A stretch of 64,000 bases of DNA from Alphaproteobacteria bacterium (GCA_965205265.1 CBDBGH010000003.1:1024001-1088000); one strand, 5' to 3'; shown: positions 47,216-58,543, counted from the stretch's first letter. Translations and numbers: made by a program. Notes: generated by a model not told the origin, from the letters alone.

Positions 47216-48681
47216 TGCGCCGCCTCGGCCTTGCGGACATCCGCGCGGGCCTCGCAAGCGGGGCGTTCTCCGCGGTCGAGCTCGTGCAGGACCGGCTGAC
47301 GGCGCTGGAGGCCGCGGCGGCGCTGAATGCCGTCGTAACCCCCATGCCAGAGCGGGCGCTGGAAGCGGCGCGGGCGGCGGACCGGCGGCGCGCGGCGGGA
47401 GAGCCTGCCTTGCCGCTCGACGGCATGCCGGTTGCGGTCAAGGACCTGTTCTGCACCGAGGGCGTCCGGACCACGGCGTCCTCGGCCATGCTGGAGGGCT
47501 TCGTTCCGCCCTATGAGTCGACGGTGACGGCCAATCTCATCGCAGCCGGCGCGGCGCTCGCCGCCAAGACCAATCTCGACGAGTTCGCGATGGGCTCTTC
47601 CACCGCGACTTCGCATTTCGGCGCGGCGGTCAATCCCTGGAAGGCGAAGGGCGATCCGCGCCCGCGCGCGCCGGGCGGCTCCTCGGGCGGGTCGGCCGCG
47701 CTGGTCGCGGCATCCGTCCTGCCGGCCGGGCTCGGCACCGATACGGGCGGCTCGATCCGCCAGCCGGCGGCGTTTTGCGGCATTGTCGGCCTCAAGCCCA
47801 CCTACGGGCGCTGCTCGCGCTGGGGCATCGTTGCCTTCGCCTCCTCGCTGGACCAGGCGGGGCCGATGACCCGGAGCGTGCGCGACGCGGCCATCCTGCT
47901 TGCCGCCATGGCGGGACACGATCCGAAGGACTCGACCAGCGCGCGTATGCCCGTGCCGGATTTCGAGGCCGCGCTCGGCGGCGGCGTGCGCGGGCTGCGC
48001 ATCGGCGTACCGCGCGAATACCGGGTGGACGGCATGCCGGAGGAGCTGGATGCGCTCTGGCGGGAGGGCGCGCGCTGGCTGGAGGAGGCCGGCGCGGAGA
48101 TCGTCGAAATCTCCCTGCCGCACACGCATTATGCGCTGCCGGCGTATTACATCGTGGCGCCTGCCGAGGCGTCGTCCAACCTCGCCCGCTATGACGGCGT
48201 GCGTTACGGCCTCCGCTCCCCCGCCGAAGTCGTCGAGGAGCAATATGCGCGTACCCGCCGCGCCGGTTTCGGGGCCGAGGTCCGCCGGCGGGTGCTGATC
48301 GGCACCTATGTGCTCTCGGCCGGCTATTACGACGCCTATTATGCCAAGGCGCAGCGCGTGCGCCGGCTGATCGCACGCGATTTCGAGCAGGCGTTCGGGA
48401 AGGTCGATGCCGTGCTGGCGCCGACCGCGCCGACCGCAGCCTTCCCGCTCGGGGAGAAGATGGACGACCCGATTGCGATGTATCTGAACGACGTGTTCAC
48501 CGTGCCGGCGAGCCTGGCGGGCCTGCCGGGGGTCTCGGTGCCTGCGGGACTCGACAGCGCGGGCCTGCCGCTCGGCCTGCAACTCATCGGCCGGCCGTTC
48601 GACGAAGCGACCGTGCTGCGCGCCGCCGAGGCGCTGGAGGCCGCCGCCGGTTTCGACGCCGAGCCGGAGTTCGTGCGGTGA
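47212..48681 (+). CDS. gatA: Asp/Glu-tRNA amidotransferase subunit A
   Basis: [45 protein letters not shown]. Confidence 0.97.
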   Translation: MMRRLGLADIRAGLASGAFSAVELVQDRLTALEAAAALNAVVTPMPERALEAARAADRRRAAGEPALPLDGMPVAVKDLFCTEGVRTTASSAMLEGFVPPYESTVTANLIAAGAALAAKTNLDEFAMGSSTATSHFGAAVNPWKAKGDPRPRAPGGSSGGSAALVAASVLPAGLGTDTGGSIRQPAAFCGIVGLKPTYGRCSRWGIVAFASSLDQAGPMTRSVRDAAILLAAMAGHDPKDSTSARMPVPDFEAALGGGVRGLRIGVPREYRVDGMPEELDALWREGARWLEEAGAEIVEISLPHTHYALPAYYIVAPAEASSNLARYDGVRYGLRSPAEVVEEQYARTRRAGFGAEVRRRVLIGTYVLSAGYYDAYYAKAQRVRRLIARDFEQAFGKVDAVLAPTAPTAAFPLGEKMDDPIAMYLNDVFTVPASLAGLPGVSVPAGLDSAGLPLGLQLIGRPFDEATVLRAAEALEAAAGFDAEPEFVR

Positions 48682-50117
48682 GCGCGCTTATCGAAGGCCG
48701 GGACGGGGTCTGGGAATACGCCATCGGCCTTGAGGTCCATGCGCAGGTGGCCTCCTCCGCCAAGCTGTTTTCAGGCGCGCCGACCGCCTTCGGCGCGGAG
48801 CCCAACACCCAGGTCAGCCTCGTCGATGCCGCCATGCCGGGCATGCTGCCGGTCATCAACAGCGCCTGCATCGAGCAGGCGGTGCGAACGGGCCTCGGCT
48901 TCGGCGGCAATATCGCCCGCTATTCGGTGTTCGACCGCAAGAATTACTTTTATCCGGACCTGCCGCAGGGCTACCAGATTTCGCAATACACGCAGCCCAT
49001 CGTGTCCGGCGGGTCGGTGGAGATTCCCGGTCGAACGGTGCGGATCACCCGCCTGCACCTGGAGCAGGACGCCGGCAAGAGCGTGCACGACCGGGACCCG
49101 GACCGGACCCTGATCGACCTGAATCGCGCCGGCGTGGCGCTCATGGAGATCGTGAGCGAGCCGGACCTGCGAAGCCCGGAAGAGGCCGCCGAGTTCCTGA
49201 CGCGCCTGCGCGCGCTGCTGCGTTGGCTCGGCACCTGCGACGGCAACATGCAGGAGGGGTCGCTGCGCTGCGACGCCAATGTGTCGGTGCGCCGGCCCGG
49301 CGCGAAACTCGGCACCCGCACGGAGATCAAGAACCTCAACTCGATCCGCTTCCTGCGCGAGGCCATCGAATATGAGGGGCGGCGGCAGGTGGAGGTGATC
49401 GAGGGCGGCGGGGAAATCGAGCAGGAGACGCGGCTCTTCGATCCCGACCGCGGCGAAACCCGCGCTATGCGCACCAAGGAAGACGCGCATGACTACCGCT
49501 ATTTCCCGGACCCGGACCTTCTGCCGCTCGAACTCGACGAGGACTTCATCGAGGAAATCCGCGCCGCCATGCCGGAACTGCCGGAAGCGCGGCGCAACCG
49601 CTTCACCGGGGAACTCGGCCTCTCCGACTACGACGCCGAGCTACTGACGGCGGAACGCGCCCGTGCGGACTATTTCGAAGCCGCCGCGGCAGGCCGGGAC
49701 GCCAAGCAGGCGGCCAACTGGGTTGCAGGCGAGCTTCTCGGCCGGCTGAACAGGGAAGGGCTGGAGATCGAGGCGGCGCCCATCCCGGCGGCCCGGCTCG
49801 GTGAGCTCATCGACCTTGTCGGCGACGGCACGCTCTCCGGGCGCATGGGCCGGGAGGTGTTCGAGGCCATGTGGGAGACCGGCAAGCCGGCCGCCGCCAT
49901 CGTCGAGGAGCGGGGCCTGAAACAGATTTCGGACACGGGCGCGCTTGAGGGCCTTGTGGACGAATTGCTGGCCCGCGAGGCGGACAAGGCGGCCGAATAC
50001 CGCGCCGGCAGGACGAAGCTGCTCGGCTTCTTCGTCGGGCAGGTGATGAAGGCGACCGGCGGCAAAGCCAATCCGAAGGTGGTGAACGAACTTCTGCGCG
50101 CAAGACTGGAGGACTGA
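48678..50117 (+). CDS. gatB: Asp/Glu-tRNA amidotransferase subunit B
   Basis: [41 protein letters not shown]. Confidence 0.97.
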   Translation: MSALIEGRDGVWEYAIGLEVHAQVASSAKLFSGAPTAFGAEPNTQVSLVDAAMPGMLPVINSACIEQAVRTGLGFGGNIARYSVFDRKNYFYPDLPQGYQISQYTQPIVSGGSVEIPGRTVRITRLHLEQDAGKSVHDRDPDRTLIDLNRAGVALMEIVSEPDLRSPEEAAEFLTRLRALLRWLGTCDGNMQEGSLRCDANVSVRRPGAKLGTRTEIKNLNSIRFLREAIEYEGRRQVEVIEGGGEIEQETRLFDPDRGETRAMRTKEDAHDYRYFPDPDLLPLELDEDFIEEIRAAMPELPEARRNRFTGELGLSDYDAELLTAERARADYFEAAAAGRDAKQAANWVAGELLGRLNREGLEIEAAPIPAARLGELIDLVGDGTLSGRMGREVFEAMWETGKPAAAIVEERGLKQISDTGALEGLVDELLAREADKAAEYRAGRTKLLGFFVGQVMKATGGKANPKVVNELLRARLED

Positions 50118-50122
50118 AGGGA

Positions 50123-50893
50123 ATGGCGAAGGACAAGGCGGTTCTGATTACCGGGGCCGGCAGCGGCATCGGCGAGGCCTGCGCGCATGCGTTCGCGGCC
50201 GCCGGCGCGCGGCTTGCGCTTGCCGATATCGACAAGGCGGCGGCCGAGCGGGTGGCGGCGGCCTGCGGCGGCGTGGGAGCCGTGATCGAGGCCGATTGCG
50301 GCGATGTGGCGTCCATCGAGGCGATGGTGGAAGCGGCGGCGAACGCGCTGGGCGGCCTCGACGCTTCGGTCAACAATGCCGGCGTCACCCGCCATGCGGA
50401 CATCATGGAGCTCACCGAGCGGGACTGGGACCGCATCCACCGGGTCAACTCGAAGGGCGTGTTCTTCTGCCTGCAGAGCGTGGCGCGGCGGATGATCGAG
50501 CAGGGCCGGGGCGGGCGGATCGTCAATATCGCGTCCATCGCCGGGCGCGGCTTCAAGGGCACCTCCAACGCCGCCTACGCCGCCAGCAAGGGCGCCGTCA
50601 TCTCGCTCACCAAGACCGCCGCCCAGCAATTGGGGCAATACGACATCAATGTGAATGCGGTCTGTCCGGGCGTCACGTTCACCGCGCTGGTGGAGCAGCT
50701 CGTCCGCGACCGTTCCGCCGCGCGCGGCATTTCGGCCGAGGAAATGCGCCGCAGCATGGAGGCGCCGATTCCCATCGGGCGGGGCAACGATCCCGCCGAT
50801 ATCGCGGAGCTCTGCGTCTTCCTGACCGGGCCGGGCTCACGCAATGTCACCGGGCAGGCCTGGAACGTGGATGGCGGGCTGGTGCCGAGCTGA
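50123..50893 (+). CDS. SDR family oxidoreductase
   Basis: TGAGSGIG, NNAG, YAASK. Confidence 0.93.
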   Translation: MAKDKAVLITGAGSGIGEACAHAFAAAGARLALADIDKAAAERVAAACGGVGAVIEADCGDVASIEAMVEAAANALGGLDASVNNAGVTRHADIMELTERDWDRIHRVNSKGVFFCLQSVARRMIEQGRGGRIVNIASIAGRGFKGTSNAAYAASKGAVISLTKTAAQQLGQYDINVNAVCPGVTFTALVEQLVRDRSAARGISAEEMRRSMEAPIPIGRGNDPADIAELCVFLTGPGSRNVTGQAWNVDGGLVPS

Positions 50894-50900
50894 CCCGGAG

Positions 50901-51752
50901 TCAGCTTCCCGTTTCGAGGACCCGGAGAGGCGCGCCGCCGGCTTCCAGTTCGGCGCCGTCCCCGGTGCGGTCGAGGCGCAGCAGCGCGAGGCCGAGGCCG
51001 TTCAGGCTGGAGCGCATTTCCCCGACAGGGCGTCCGGCGACCGTAATTCGCGTACCCGGCTCGACCGGGCCGTCGAGCGCCACCGGCACGAGCTGCTTCC
51101 GCACGGCGCCGCGATAGTGAGTGCGCGCCGTCACTTCCTGGCCGACATAGCAGCCCTTCTCCCAGTCCACGCCGTTAAGCCGCTCGAAGCCGCTTTCCAG
51201 CAGGAAGGCCTGGCCGACCGGCATGTCGCGTGAGCCGTCCGGCGCGCCCAGCCGGTATCGCAGCGCCTCGTAATCGGCGAAGTCCCCTTCCGGCAGGCCG
51301 GTCGGTGCGTCCGCCGGGCGCAGCAGGCGCACCCCGAACCGACCGTCGCGCGGATCGACATAGGCGACGGCGGCCCCGGACCTTGCGGCCTCGCCCGGCG
51401 CGGCCCCGGCGAGGCCGAAATGCGCCGCTCCCTCCGGTGCGGCCTCCACCGCCCACTCGGCGCTTGCATCCTCTATGGCGATCTTCGCCCGGAGCCGGTA
51501 GCGCCTGAGCCGCTTCGAGAGATCGTCCAGCCGGTCGGCCTCGCCGTCGAGATAGACCGTGCCCCCGCATTCCACGGCGAAGACATCGTGCAGGAACTTG
51601 CCCTGCGGCGTCAGCAACGCGGCATAGATGGCGCGCCCGGCGCGGACCCGTTCCAGGTCGTTCGAGAGCAGGCCCTGCAGAAAGCCGTGGACGTCCTCGC
51701 CCGAAAGCGCCAGAACGCCCCGGTGGGGCAGGGGAATGCAGGCGGGAGTCAT
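50901..51752 (-). CDS. ygfZ: Folate-binding protein YgfZ
   Basis: FLQGLLSND, LLTPQGK, KGCYVGQE. Confidence 0.93.
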   Translation of the reverse strand: MTPACIPLPHRGVLALSGEDVHGFLQGLLSNDLERVRAGRAIYAALLTPQGKFLHDVFAVECGGTVYLDGEADRLDDLSKRLRRYRLRAKIAIEDASAEWAVEAAPEGAAHFGLAGAAPGEAARSGAAVAYVDPRDGRFGVRLLRPADAPTGLPEGDFADYEALRYRLGAPDGSRDMPVGQAFLLESGFERLNGVDWEKGCYVGQEVTARTHYRGAVRKQLVPVALDGPVEPGTRITVAGRPVGEMRSSLNGLGLALLRLDRTGDGAELEAGGAPLRVLETGS

Positions 51753-51804
51753 GGTGGGCGCCTTTGTCGCCTTTCCCGCCCCGGCGCGCAAGGGATGAGA
51801 AACG

Positions 51805-52830
51805 ATGGACCGACTGGAGATACGCCGCCCGGACGACTGGCATGTCCATTTCCGCGAGGGCGAAATGCTGCGCGCGGTCGTGCCCTTCACGGCGCGGCAG
51901 TTCGCCCGCGCCATCGTGATGCCGAACCTGGTGCCGCCGGTGACGGACGGCGCCCGCGCCCGCGCCTACCGGGACGAGATCGGGGCCGCGCTGCCGCCGG
52001 GCGCGGCGTTCGAGCCGCTGATGACCTGCTACCTGACGGACGGGCTGGACCCGGCGGTCATGGAGGACGAGGTCTTTACCGCCGCCAAGCTCTACCCGGC
52101 CCATGCGACCACCAACTCCGCCCATGGCGTGACCGACATTGCCGCCTTGCGCCCGGTGCTGGAGCGGATGCAGCGGATCGGCAAGCCGCTGCTCATCCAC
52201 GGCGAGGTGACGCATCCCGAAGTGGATGTCTTCGACCGGGAGGCGGTGTTCGTGGAGACGGTGCTGTCCGGGCTCCGGCGCGACTTCCCGGAACTCAGGA
52301 TCGTGCTGGAGCATGTCACCACGGCGGATGGCGTCGCGTTCGTCGAAGAAGCGGACGGGCCGACGGCCGCCACGATCACCCCGCACCATCTCGTCATAGA
52401 CCGCAACGACCTTCTGGTCGGCGGCATCCGTCCGCATCTCTATTGCCTGCCAGTCGCCAAGCGCCGCCGCCATCGCGACGCGCTTCGCCGCGCGGCGGTC
52501 TCCGGCAGCCCGCGCTTCTTCCTCGGCACGGACACCGCGCCCCATGCCGTCAGCGACAAGGAGACCGCCTGCGGCTGCGCCGGCATCTTCTGCGCGCCGA
52601 CCGCTCTGGAGGTCTATGCCGAGGTCTTCGACGAGGAAGGCGCGCTCGACCGGCTGGAAGCCTTTGCGAGCCTGAACGGCCCCGCCTTCTACGGCCTCCC
52701 GCCGAACGAGGAGCGCATCCTGCTGGAGCGCCGCCCCAACGAAGGCCCCGGCCCCCTGGATGTCGGCGACGACACCATCCTCCCCTTCCGCGCGAGCGAG
52801 CGGTTGGAGTGGCGGTTTGTTCCAGCTTGA
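51805..52830 (+). CDS. pyrC: Dihydroorotase (type II)
   Basis: [36 protein letters not shown]. Confidence 0.96.
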   Translation: MDRLEIRRPDDWHVHFREGEMLRAVVPFTARQFARAIVMPNLVPPVTDGARARAYRDEIGAALPPGAAFEPLMTCYLTDGLDPAVMEDEVFTAAKLYPAHATTNSAHGVTDIAALRPVLERMQRIGKPLLIHGEVTHPEVDVFDREAVFVETVLSGLRRDFPELRIVLEHVTTADGVAFVEEADGPTAATITPHHLVIDRNDLLVGGIRPHLYCLPVAKRRRHRDALRRAAVSGSPRFFLGTDTAPHAVSDKETACGCAGIFCAPTALEVYAEVFDEEGALDRLEAFASLNGPAFYGLPPNEERILLERRPNEGPGPLDVGDDTILPFRASERLEWRFVPA

Positions 52831-52860
52831 TTCTTTACTATTTGGCAATTGGTAAAGAAT
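52830..52860. promoter_or_regulatory. Inverted repeat, probable autoregulatory operator of the vapBC-like operon
   Basis: ATTCTTTAC-N13-GTAAAGAAT in an AT-rich spacer directly upstream of the antitoxin. Confidence 0.55.
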
Positions 52861-52904
52861 GAGTATCTTGCGTTGGAATTAGTCAAGTCGGAAAGGAAAG
52901 TTCC

Positions 52905-53132
52905 ATGCCGCGGGTGAGCGCCAAGCGCCAGATCACGCTGCCGGTCGATCAATGCCGGGAAGTCGGCATCGCGCCGGGGGACGAGTACCGGAGCTATGTC
53001 GCTGATGGCCATATCACCATCGTACGGATGACTCCCGGCGCAGCGAAGGGAATTCTGCGGGATGTTGTCGGCGATCCGGCCGTCAGCGATGAGGAATCAC
53101 TGGAAGATGCGCTTGACAGGTCGGCGCGTTGA
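52905..53132 (+). CDS. AbrB/MazE-type antitoxin (VapB-like)
   Basis: MPRVSAKRQITLP...GIAPGD; overlaps the PIN gene. Confidence 0.85.
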   Translation: MPRVSAKRQITLPVDQCREVGIAPGDEYRSYVADGHITIVRMTPGAAKGILRDVVGDPAVSDEESLEDALDRSAR

Positions 53133-53563
53133 TCGCCGTCGATACGAATGTCCTGCTTCGGTATCTGCTGCATGACGACGAAGCCCAGACAGCGCGCGCG
53201 GATGCCGTTTTCGACGTCGGAGAGACCGTTCTGATCCCGGATGTCGTGCTGGCGGAAACTGTGTGGACGCTTGCCGGCCGCAGATACCGGCTGACGGAAT
53301 CCGAACTGGCGACCGTTCTGGAACGGTTGTTCATCGATCGGAACATCCGATTCGAGGACGACCGGGCCGTGTGGCGCGCCCTGCAGGCATTCCGAAGTGC
53401 GGCGCCGGCGGGCGAGGCCGGATCGGTCAGGGGCGTCGGTTTTGCCGACGCCTTGATTGTCTTCAAGGCGTTGCGCGTAGCCTCGGACGCCGGCGAGGCG
53501 TTGACCGGCGTTTACACATTCGACGCTGCCATGCAACGCCTGCCGCACACAAAGCCCGTCTGA
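53129..53563 (+). CDS. vapC: PIN-domain toxin VapC
   Basis: AVDTNVLLRYL, LAETVW, GFADALI, YTFD. Confidence 0.9.
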   Translation: MIAVDTNVLLRYLLHDDEAQTARADAVFDVGETVLIPDVVLAETVWTLAGRRYRLTESELATVLERLFIDRNIRFEDDRAVWRALQAFRSAAPAGEAGSVRGVGFADALIVFKALRVASDAGEALTGVYTFDAAMQRLPHTKPV

Positions 53564-53587
53564 AGGCGAAGAACCTGCCGGTTCGGA

Positions 53588-54187
53588 TCAGTCCCGCGCG
53601 AGGGCGCACAGGGGACGGGCGAGGAGGCGTTGGACGTAGCGGCGGAGCGCCGGGAACTCTTCGAGATGCCCCTGCCGCCGCGCCCAGTTGAGGCACCAGC
53701 CGACGATGATGTCGGTCACGGTGAAGCGGTTTTCGACCAGATAGTCATGCTGCGCCAGATGCGCCTCCGGCACCGCGGCGCTGCGCTTGAACATTTTCAC
53801 GTTTTGCTCGAATCCGGCGGTAATGCGCCTCTCTTCCGGCAGCACATAGGTGTTGACGGCGGTGTTCCAGAGCCACGCTTCCATCTCTGTGAGGCAGAAC
53901 GCGACCCACTGGTCGTGCTCGGCGCGGGCGAAGGCGCCGGGCGCGGCGATCAGCTTCGCGGCCGGCGCGCGGTCGGCGATGTAGGTGCAGATGGCCGCGG
54001 ACTCGAACAGCGCCCGCCCGTCGATAACCGCCGCCGGGATCTTGGCGAGGGGATGATACCGGCGCATGTCTTCCACGCTCGCCAGTTTGCTCCTGTCGAT
54101 CTCGGCATAGTCGATGCCTGCTTCCTGCAGGGTCCATTGGCAGCGCGCGGAACGGTTGGTGCCGGTGCCGAACAGGGTTACTTCCAT
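53588..54187 (-). CDS. Glutathione S-transferase family protein
   Basis: HPLAKIPA, LFESAAI, RFTVTDI. Confidence 0.9.
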   Translation of the reverse strand: MEVTLFGTGTNRSARCQWTLQEAGIDYAEIDRSKLASVEDMRRYHPLAKIPAAVIDGRALFESAAICTYIADRAPAAKLIAAPGAFARAEHDQWVAFCLTEMEAWLWNTAVNTYVLPEERRITAGFEQNVKMFKRSAAVPEAHLAQHDYLVENRFTVTDIIVGWCLNWARRQGHLEEFPALRRYVQRLLARPLCALARD

Positions 54188-54207
54188 GTCGTGAGACTCC
54201 TCTGCGC

Positions 54208-54966
54208 CTACAGCCGGGCGGCGAAATCGAATATCGCATCCGCGACCCGCTCCGGCGCCTCGATGGGGGCGCCGTGGGCGAGACCGTCCAGCACCAGGGC
54301 CCGGGCATCCGGAATGGCCTGTGCAAGCGCGCGGCTCATGGCGGGGGTGGAGTTGATGTCATGCTCGGCCGTCATGGCAAGCGTGGGGCAGGCGATGCGC
54401 CCGGCTTCCCGCGCGAGTTCGGCGTCGGCCGTCGCGAACACCCGGTAGGCGGCGAGATAGGCCGCCGGATCGTTGGCCAGCAGGCGGCGCCGGACCGGTT
54501 CGACAAGCTCGGGCGAGGCCTTGCGGAATTCCTCCGTGAACCAGCGTGCGATGGCCGGGTCGGCCATGCCGGCGGGGCCGTCGCGCTCCACCGCGGCGAG
54601 GCGCTGCAATATCGCGGCGCGCTGGCCCTCGTCGCGGTCGAACACGGCGTTCATCAGCACCAGCCCCCGCAGCGCGGCCGGCCGGTCGAGCGCGAAGCGC
54701 TGCGCCACCATCGCGCCCATCGAGAAGCCGACGACGACCGGCGCGCTGTCGAGACCGCCCGCAATGTCCGCCAGGGCGTCGGCAAAGGTTGCCAGCGTCA
54801 CCTCGCCCTGCGGCACGGGGGCCTCGCCGTGGCAGGGCATGTCGAAGGCGATGCAGCGCAGCCTGCCGGCGAGGCAGCGCGAAACCCCGTCCCACATGCG
54901 CCGGTCCAGTCCGACCCCGTGGACAAGGACCGCAGCCGGGAGCCCGCCGGTCGCCGGTGCGCTCAT
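54208..54966 (-). CDS. Alpha/beta hydrolase (PcaD-like)
   Basis: LVHGVG, GFSMG nucleophile elbow, catalytic D and H near the C-terminus. Confidence 0.9.
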   Translation of the reverse strand: MSAPATGGLPAAVLVHGVGLDRRMWDGVSRCLAGRLRCIAFDMPCHGEAPVPQGEVTLATFADALADIAGGLDSAPVVVGFSMGAMVAQRFALDRPAALRGLVLMNAVFDRDEGQRAAILQRLAAVERDGPAGMADPAIARWFTEEFRKASPELVEPVRRRLLANDPAAYLAAYRVFATADAELAREAGRIACPTLAMTAEHDINSTPAMSRALAQAIPDARALVLDGLAHGAPIEAPERVADAIFDFAARL

Positions 54967-56000
54967 GCGAAGGCGGGCACCACTTCGTCGATAAAGAGGC
55001 GAAGCGACTCCCGCTTCTCGCTGAACGGCATGCCGTTGTCGATCCACAGGCTGTACTGGTCGAAGCCCATCGCTTCGTAGTTCCTGAGCCGGGCAATCAC
55101 CTGCTCCGGCGTGCCGACGACATTGTTGGCGCGCATCTTGTCCGGCGAGAACATGTCGAGCTTGGCCATCTCCTCTTCCGTCAGCGGCTGGATCATGCCC
55201 TGGTCGATGGGCCGCTCATTGCGGAACCAGGCGCCGAAATGGCAGTAGAACCGGCTGAGCGCCCGCGCTCCGGCCTCTGCCGCCTCCTCGTCGGCGGCGA
55301 CATGGGTGTGGCGCAGCAGCATGATCCGCGGCCGCGGGACCTCCGGATGGGCGGCGCAGGCATCCTCGAAACGCTGCATCAGCCGCTCCACCTCGTCATC
55401 GCCCTGCCAGAGCGGCGTCACCTGCACATTGCACCGCTCGGCGACCGCGAATTTGTGGCTGTCGGGGTCGCGGGCGGCGATCCAGAGGGGCGGATGCGGG
55501 CTCTGGACGGGTTTCGGGGAGGAGGTGGTCTTCGGGAACTGCCAGCGCTCGCCGTCATGCGCATAGTCGCCCTGCCAGAGCTTCTTCACTGCCGGCACCG
55601 TCTCGCGCAGCGCCGCGCCCGCCGAGGCGGCGTCGAGGCCGGGCGACAGCCGCTCGTATTCGAAGCTGTAGGCGCCGCGCGCGATGCCGAGCTCCAGCCG
55701 CCCGCCCGTCACGATATCGGCCAGCGCCGCTTCGCCCGCGAGCTTTATCGGGTGCCAGAAGGGCGCCACGATGGCGCCGGTGCCGAGGCGGACATGTTTC
55801 GTCCTGTTGGCGATATCGGCGAGCGTGATGAACGGGTTCGGCGTGATGGTGAAATCCATGCCGTGATGTTCGCCGGTCCAGATGGCCTCGAAGCCGCCCT
55901 CGTCGGCCATCCGGCAGAGCTCCAGCGACTCCCGGTAGAGCTCGGCATGGTCGCGGTCCGGCGTCAGCCGTTCCATGTGGACGAACAGGGAAAATTGCAT
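54963..56000 (-). CDS. LLM class flavin-dependent monooxygenase
   Basis: MQFSLFVHMER, WTGEHH, GRLELGIARG, PPLWIAAR. Confidence 0.9.
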   Translation of the reverse strand: MQFSLFVHMERLTPDRDHAELYRESLELCRMADEGGFEAIWTGEHHGMDFTITPNPFITLADIANRTKHVRLGTGAIVAPFWHPIKLAGEAALADIVTGGRLELGIARGAYSFEYERLSPGLDAASAGAALRETVPAVKKLWQGDYAHDGERWQFPKTTSSPKPVQSPHPPLWIAARDPDSHKFAVAERCNVQVTPLWQGDDEVERLMQRFEDACAAHPEVPRPRIMLLRHTHVAADEEAAEAGARALSRFYCHFGAWFRNERPIDQGMIQPLTEEEMAKLDMFSPDKMRANNVVGTPEQVIARLRNYEAMGFDQYSLWIDNGMPFSEKRESLRLFIDEVVPAFA

Positions 56001-56091
56001 TGCCGAACTCCCGGAACGCGCCCGCAGAGAGACCGAAGGCTTCATAACACGACACGCCCTTCTTTCACCGCCCCGATTTCCGGCGTCCCAA

Positions 56092-56777
56092 GGCAATCGC
56101 TTTTGAAGATTTGCGAGCAGGGCGCATGGCGTGGATTCAACCGGGTTTCGAGAGGTTCGGCGGCATCGGGACCCGGATCGACGCCCGACGGCTTGGTTCC
56201 CAAGTCGTCATGCCCACTCCCATATCGTCATGCCCGGACTTGTTCCGGGCATCCATGCAGCCGCCCCGGGAGAAGCGGTGGAGGGAGAGAGCTGCCCGGA
56301 ACAAGTCCACTGCTGTCCGGCTTAGATTTGGTGGACAGAGCGCATGGCTTGGATTCAAGCGGGTTTCGAGGGGTTCGGCGGGATCGGGACTCGGATCGAT
56401 GCCCGGCGGCCCGGCCCTGTTCCCGTCATGCCCGCCCCCCATATCGTCATGCCCGGACTTGTTCCGGGCATCCATACGGCCGCCCGGTGGAGCCGCTTGA
56501 GAGAGATACCCGGAACAAGTCCGGGTATGACGAAAGAGCCTGCCCTGAGCCTGTCGAAGGGGGCATTCGGGCCTCACGGGCAAGGGGCGGATCGCAGACG
56601 CCGCGCGCCCCCGAAACCCCCGGCGGACTCCCGTTCAACCTCGCCCAATGGCTGAACCGGACAGCAATGGAACAAGTCCGGGCATGACGGAGGAGGGCGT
56701 TCGGGCATGACGGAAGAACCAGTCCCGAGCCTGTCGAAGGGGGCCGTTCGGGCATGACAAATCCGAAAGCGATTGCC
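56092..56777. mobile_element. Outer MITE-like composite repeat element
   Basis: Terminal IR GGCAATCGCTTT...GATTTG and CAAATC...AAAGCGATTGCC; non-coding; no clear target duplication. Confidence 0.55.
56308..56669. mobile_element. Inner 362-bp MITE-like element inserted in a family-A REP arm
   Basis: IR CACTGCTGTCCGGCTTAG and CTGAACCGGACAGCAATG; 9-bp duplication GAACAAGTC at 56299-56307 and 56670-56678; contains another complete REP (56445-56532). Confidence 0.8.
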
Positions 56778-56862
56778 CCGCCGGCTTCCTCCGGGCGGGG
56801 TTGGGGCAGGGCGCATGAGGGGGTACAGACGCAATGGACGGATGAGGGATCGGACCGGATAG

Positions 56863-58074
56863 ATGGGTGACACCGGCGGCGGGCCGCCGCTCCGCATTTC
56901 CAACCGGGCAGCCAGAAGGCTGTTTCTCGACCGGCATGGCCTCTGCCGGCCGCCGCCGGGCGAGGACCTCGCAGGGCTGATCGAACGCCTCGGCTTCGTG
57001 CAGGTGGACAGCATCGCCACGGTCGAGCGCGCCCATCACATGATCCTGGCCTCGCGGCGCAGAAGCTACCGGCCGCGGCAGCTCGACAACCTGCTGGAAC
57101 GGCGGCGGGCCCTGTTCGAGCACTGGACCCACGATGCTTCGGTCATCCCCATGTCGTTCTATCCCCACTGGCGGCTGCGCTTCCGCCGCGATGCCGAAAT
57201 GCTGCGCGCGCGCTGGCGCAACTGGCGGCGCGCGGGGTTCGAGGAGCGGTTCGACGACGTGCTGGAGCGGATTCGGGAGGGCGGTCCCGTCATGGCGCGC
57301 GACTTCGAGGGCGGCCGGCAACGCACGGAAGCCGGCTGGTGGGACTGGCACCCTTCCAAGACCGCCCTGGAATTCCTCTGGCGCACCGGCGCGCTCGCCA
57401 TCGCCCGGCGCGAAGGCTTCCAGAAGGTCTTCGACCTTGCCGAGCGGGTGGTGCCCGAGGCCTATCGGAGCATGGCGCCGGGCGAGGAGGAAACGCTCGA
57501 CTGGGCCTGCAGGAGCGCGCTCGACCGGCTCGGCTTCGCCACGCCCCGGGAGATCGCGTCGTTCTGGGACACGGCCTCGCTCGCGGAGGCGCGCGCCTGG
57601 TGCGCCAGGCAGCATGCCGACACGCTAGTCGAGGTCGAAGTGGAAGGCGCCCGGCCGGGCCAGATACGCCGGCTGCTCGCGCGGCCGGACGCAGGCGAGC
57701 AGGCGGAGCGGGCGCCCGAGCCTCCGGGCGGCGTGCGTGTGCTGAGCCCGTTCGATCCCCTGCTGCGGGACCGCAAGCGGGCGGAGTGGCTGTTCGGCTT
57801 CCGCTTCCGCATCGAAATCTTCGTCCCGGAGGCGAAACGCGAATACGGCTACTACGTCTTCCCGCTGCTGGAAGGCGACCGGCTGATCGGGCGCATCGAC
57901 ATGCGGCGCAAGGAAGGCCGGCTGCGCGTCAGCGCGTTCTGGCCGGAGCGGGGCGTGCGCCTCGGCAAAGGGCGGATGGAGCGCATCGGGCGCGAACTCG
58001 ACCGCATCGCCCGCTTCGCCGGCTGCGACCGCACGGTCTTCGAAAACGGCTGGATCAGGGAGACGAGGGAGTAG
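56863..58074 (+). CDS. ycaQ: YcaQ/AlkZ-family winged-helix DNA glycosylase (crosslink repair)
   Basis: GFVQVDSI (QxD), FEHWTHDAS, LSPFDP, IEIFVPEAKREYGYYV. Confidence 0.88.
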   Translation: MGDTGGGPPLRISNRAARRLFLDRHGLCRPPPGEDLAGLIERLGFVQVDSIATVERAHHMILASRRRSYRPRQLDNLLERRRALFEHWTHDASVIPMSFYPHWRLRFRRDAEMLRARWRNWRRAGFEERFDDVLERIREGGPVMARDFEGGRQRTEAGWWDWHPSKTALEFLWRTGALAIARREGFQKVFDLAERVVPEAYRSMAPGEEETLDWACRSALDRLGFATPREIASFWDTASLAEARAWCARQHADTLVEVEVEGARPGQIRRLLARPDAGEQAERAPEPPGGVRVLSPFDPLLRDRKRAEWLFGFRFRIEIFVPEAKREYGYYVFPLLEGDRLIGRIDMRRKEGRLRVSAFWPERGVRLGKGRMERIGRELDRIARFAGCDRTVFENGWIRETRE

Positions 58075-58543
58075 CCTGCAACGCGATGGCGTCCTCGAGC
58101 CAGGCGCGCGCATAGGCGGCGTAGGAGCGGCCGACATAGAGGCGCCAGACGCTGTCCTCGCGCGGCTCCAGCAGCGCATGCGCGCGCGCCAGCGCGGTTT
58201 GTGCGCAGGAGCCGGGCCGAAGCGTGTCGAGGTCGAGCCGGCAGCCCGAAGCCAGGATTTCCATCGCGCCGGAGCCGGAGAGCTCGAGAACCGCGCGGGC
58301 CTCGCTTACATCGACGATGGCGCAATGCTGGCCCTCAAGCGCTTCCTCCAGCGCGCCGGCCGGGTCCGCGTCCGATACGACCAGCCATTCGTCGGGTCCG
58401 AGCCACAGGGCCTGTCCGGCCACCGAATTCGGCGTCTCGGGCAAGTCGAGGCCCAGCACTCCGGAGACGGCAACATGAAACTCTGCTCCGCCGCCCCGTA
58501 ATATCGTCAGGCTGAGGCCGTCGATTGCACGCAGTTCAGCCAT
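58055..58543 (-). CDS. soxG: Sarcosine oxidase subunit gamma
   Basis: LWLGPDEWL, VDVS, CAQT, GRSYAAY. Confidence 0.9.
   Translation of the reverse strand: MAELRAIDGLSLTILRGGGAEFHVAVSGVLGLDLPETPNSVAGQALWLGPDEWLVVSDADPAGALEEALEGQHCAIVDVSEARAVLELSGSGAMEILASGCRLDLDTLRPGSCAQTALARAHALLEPREDSVWRLYVGRSYAAYARAWLEDAIALQATPSSP

Noticed and set aside
56111-56755. Several small ORFs (129-148 aa) in the repeat cluster
   Set aside because: They are translations of REP/MITE palindromes (SCPDLFRAS, RHARTCSG), which recur at every REP copy
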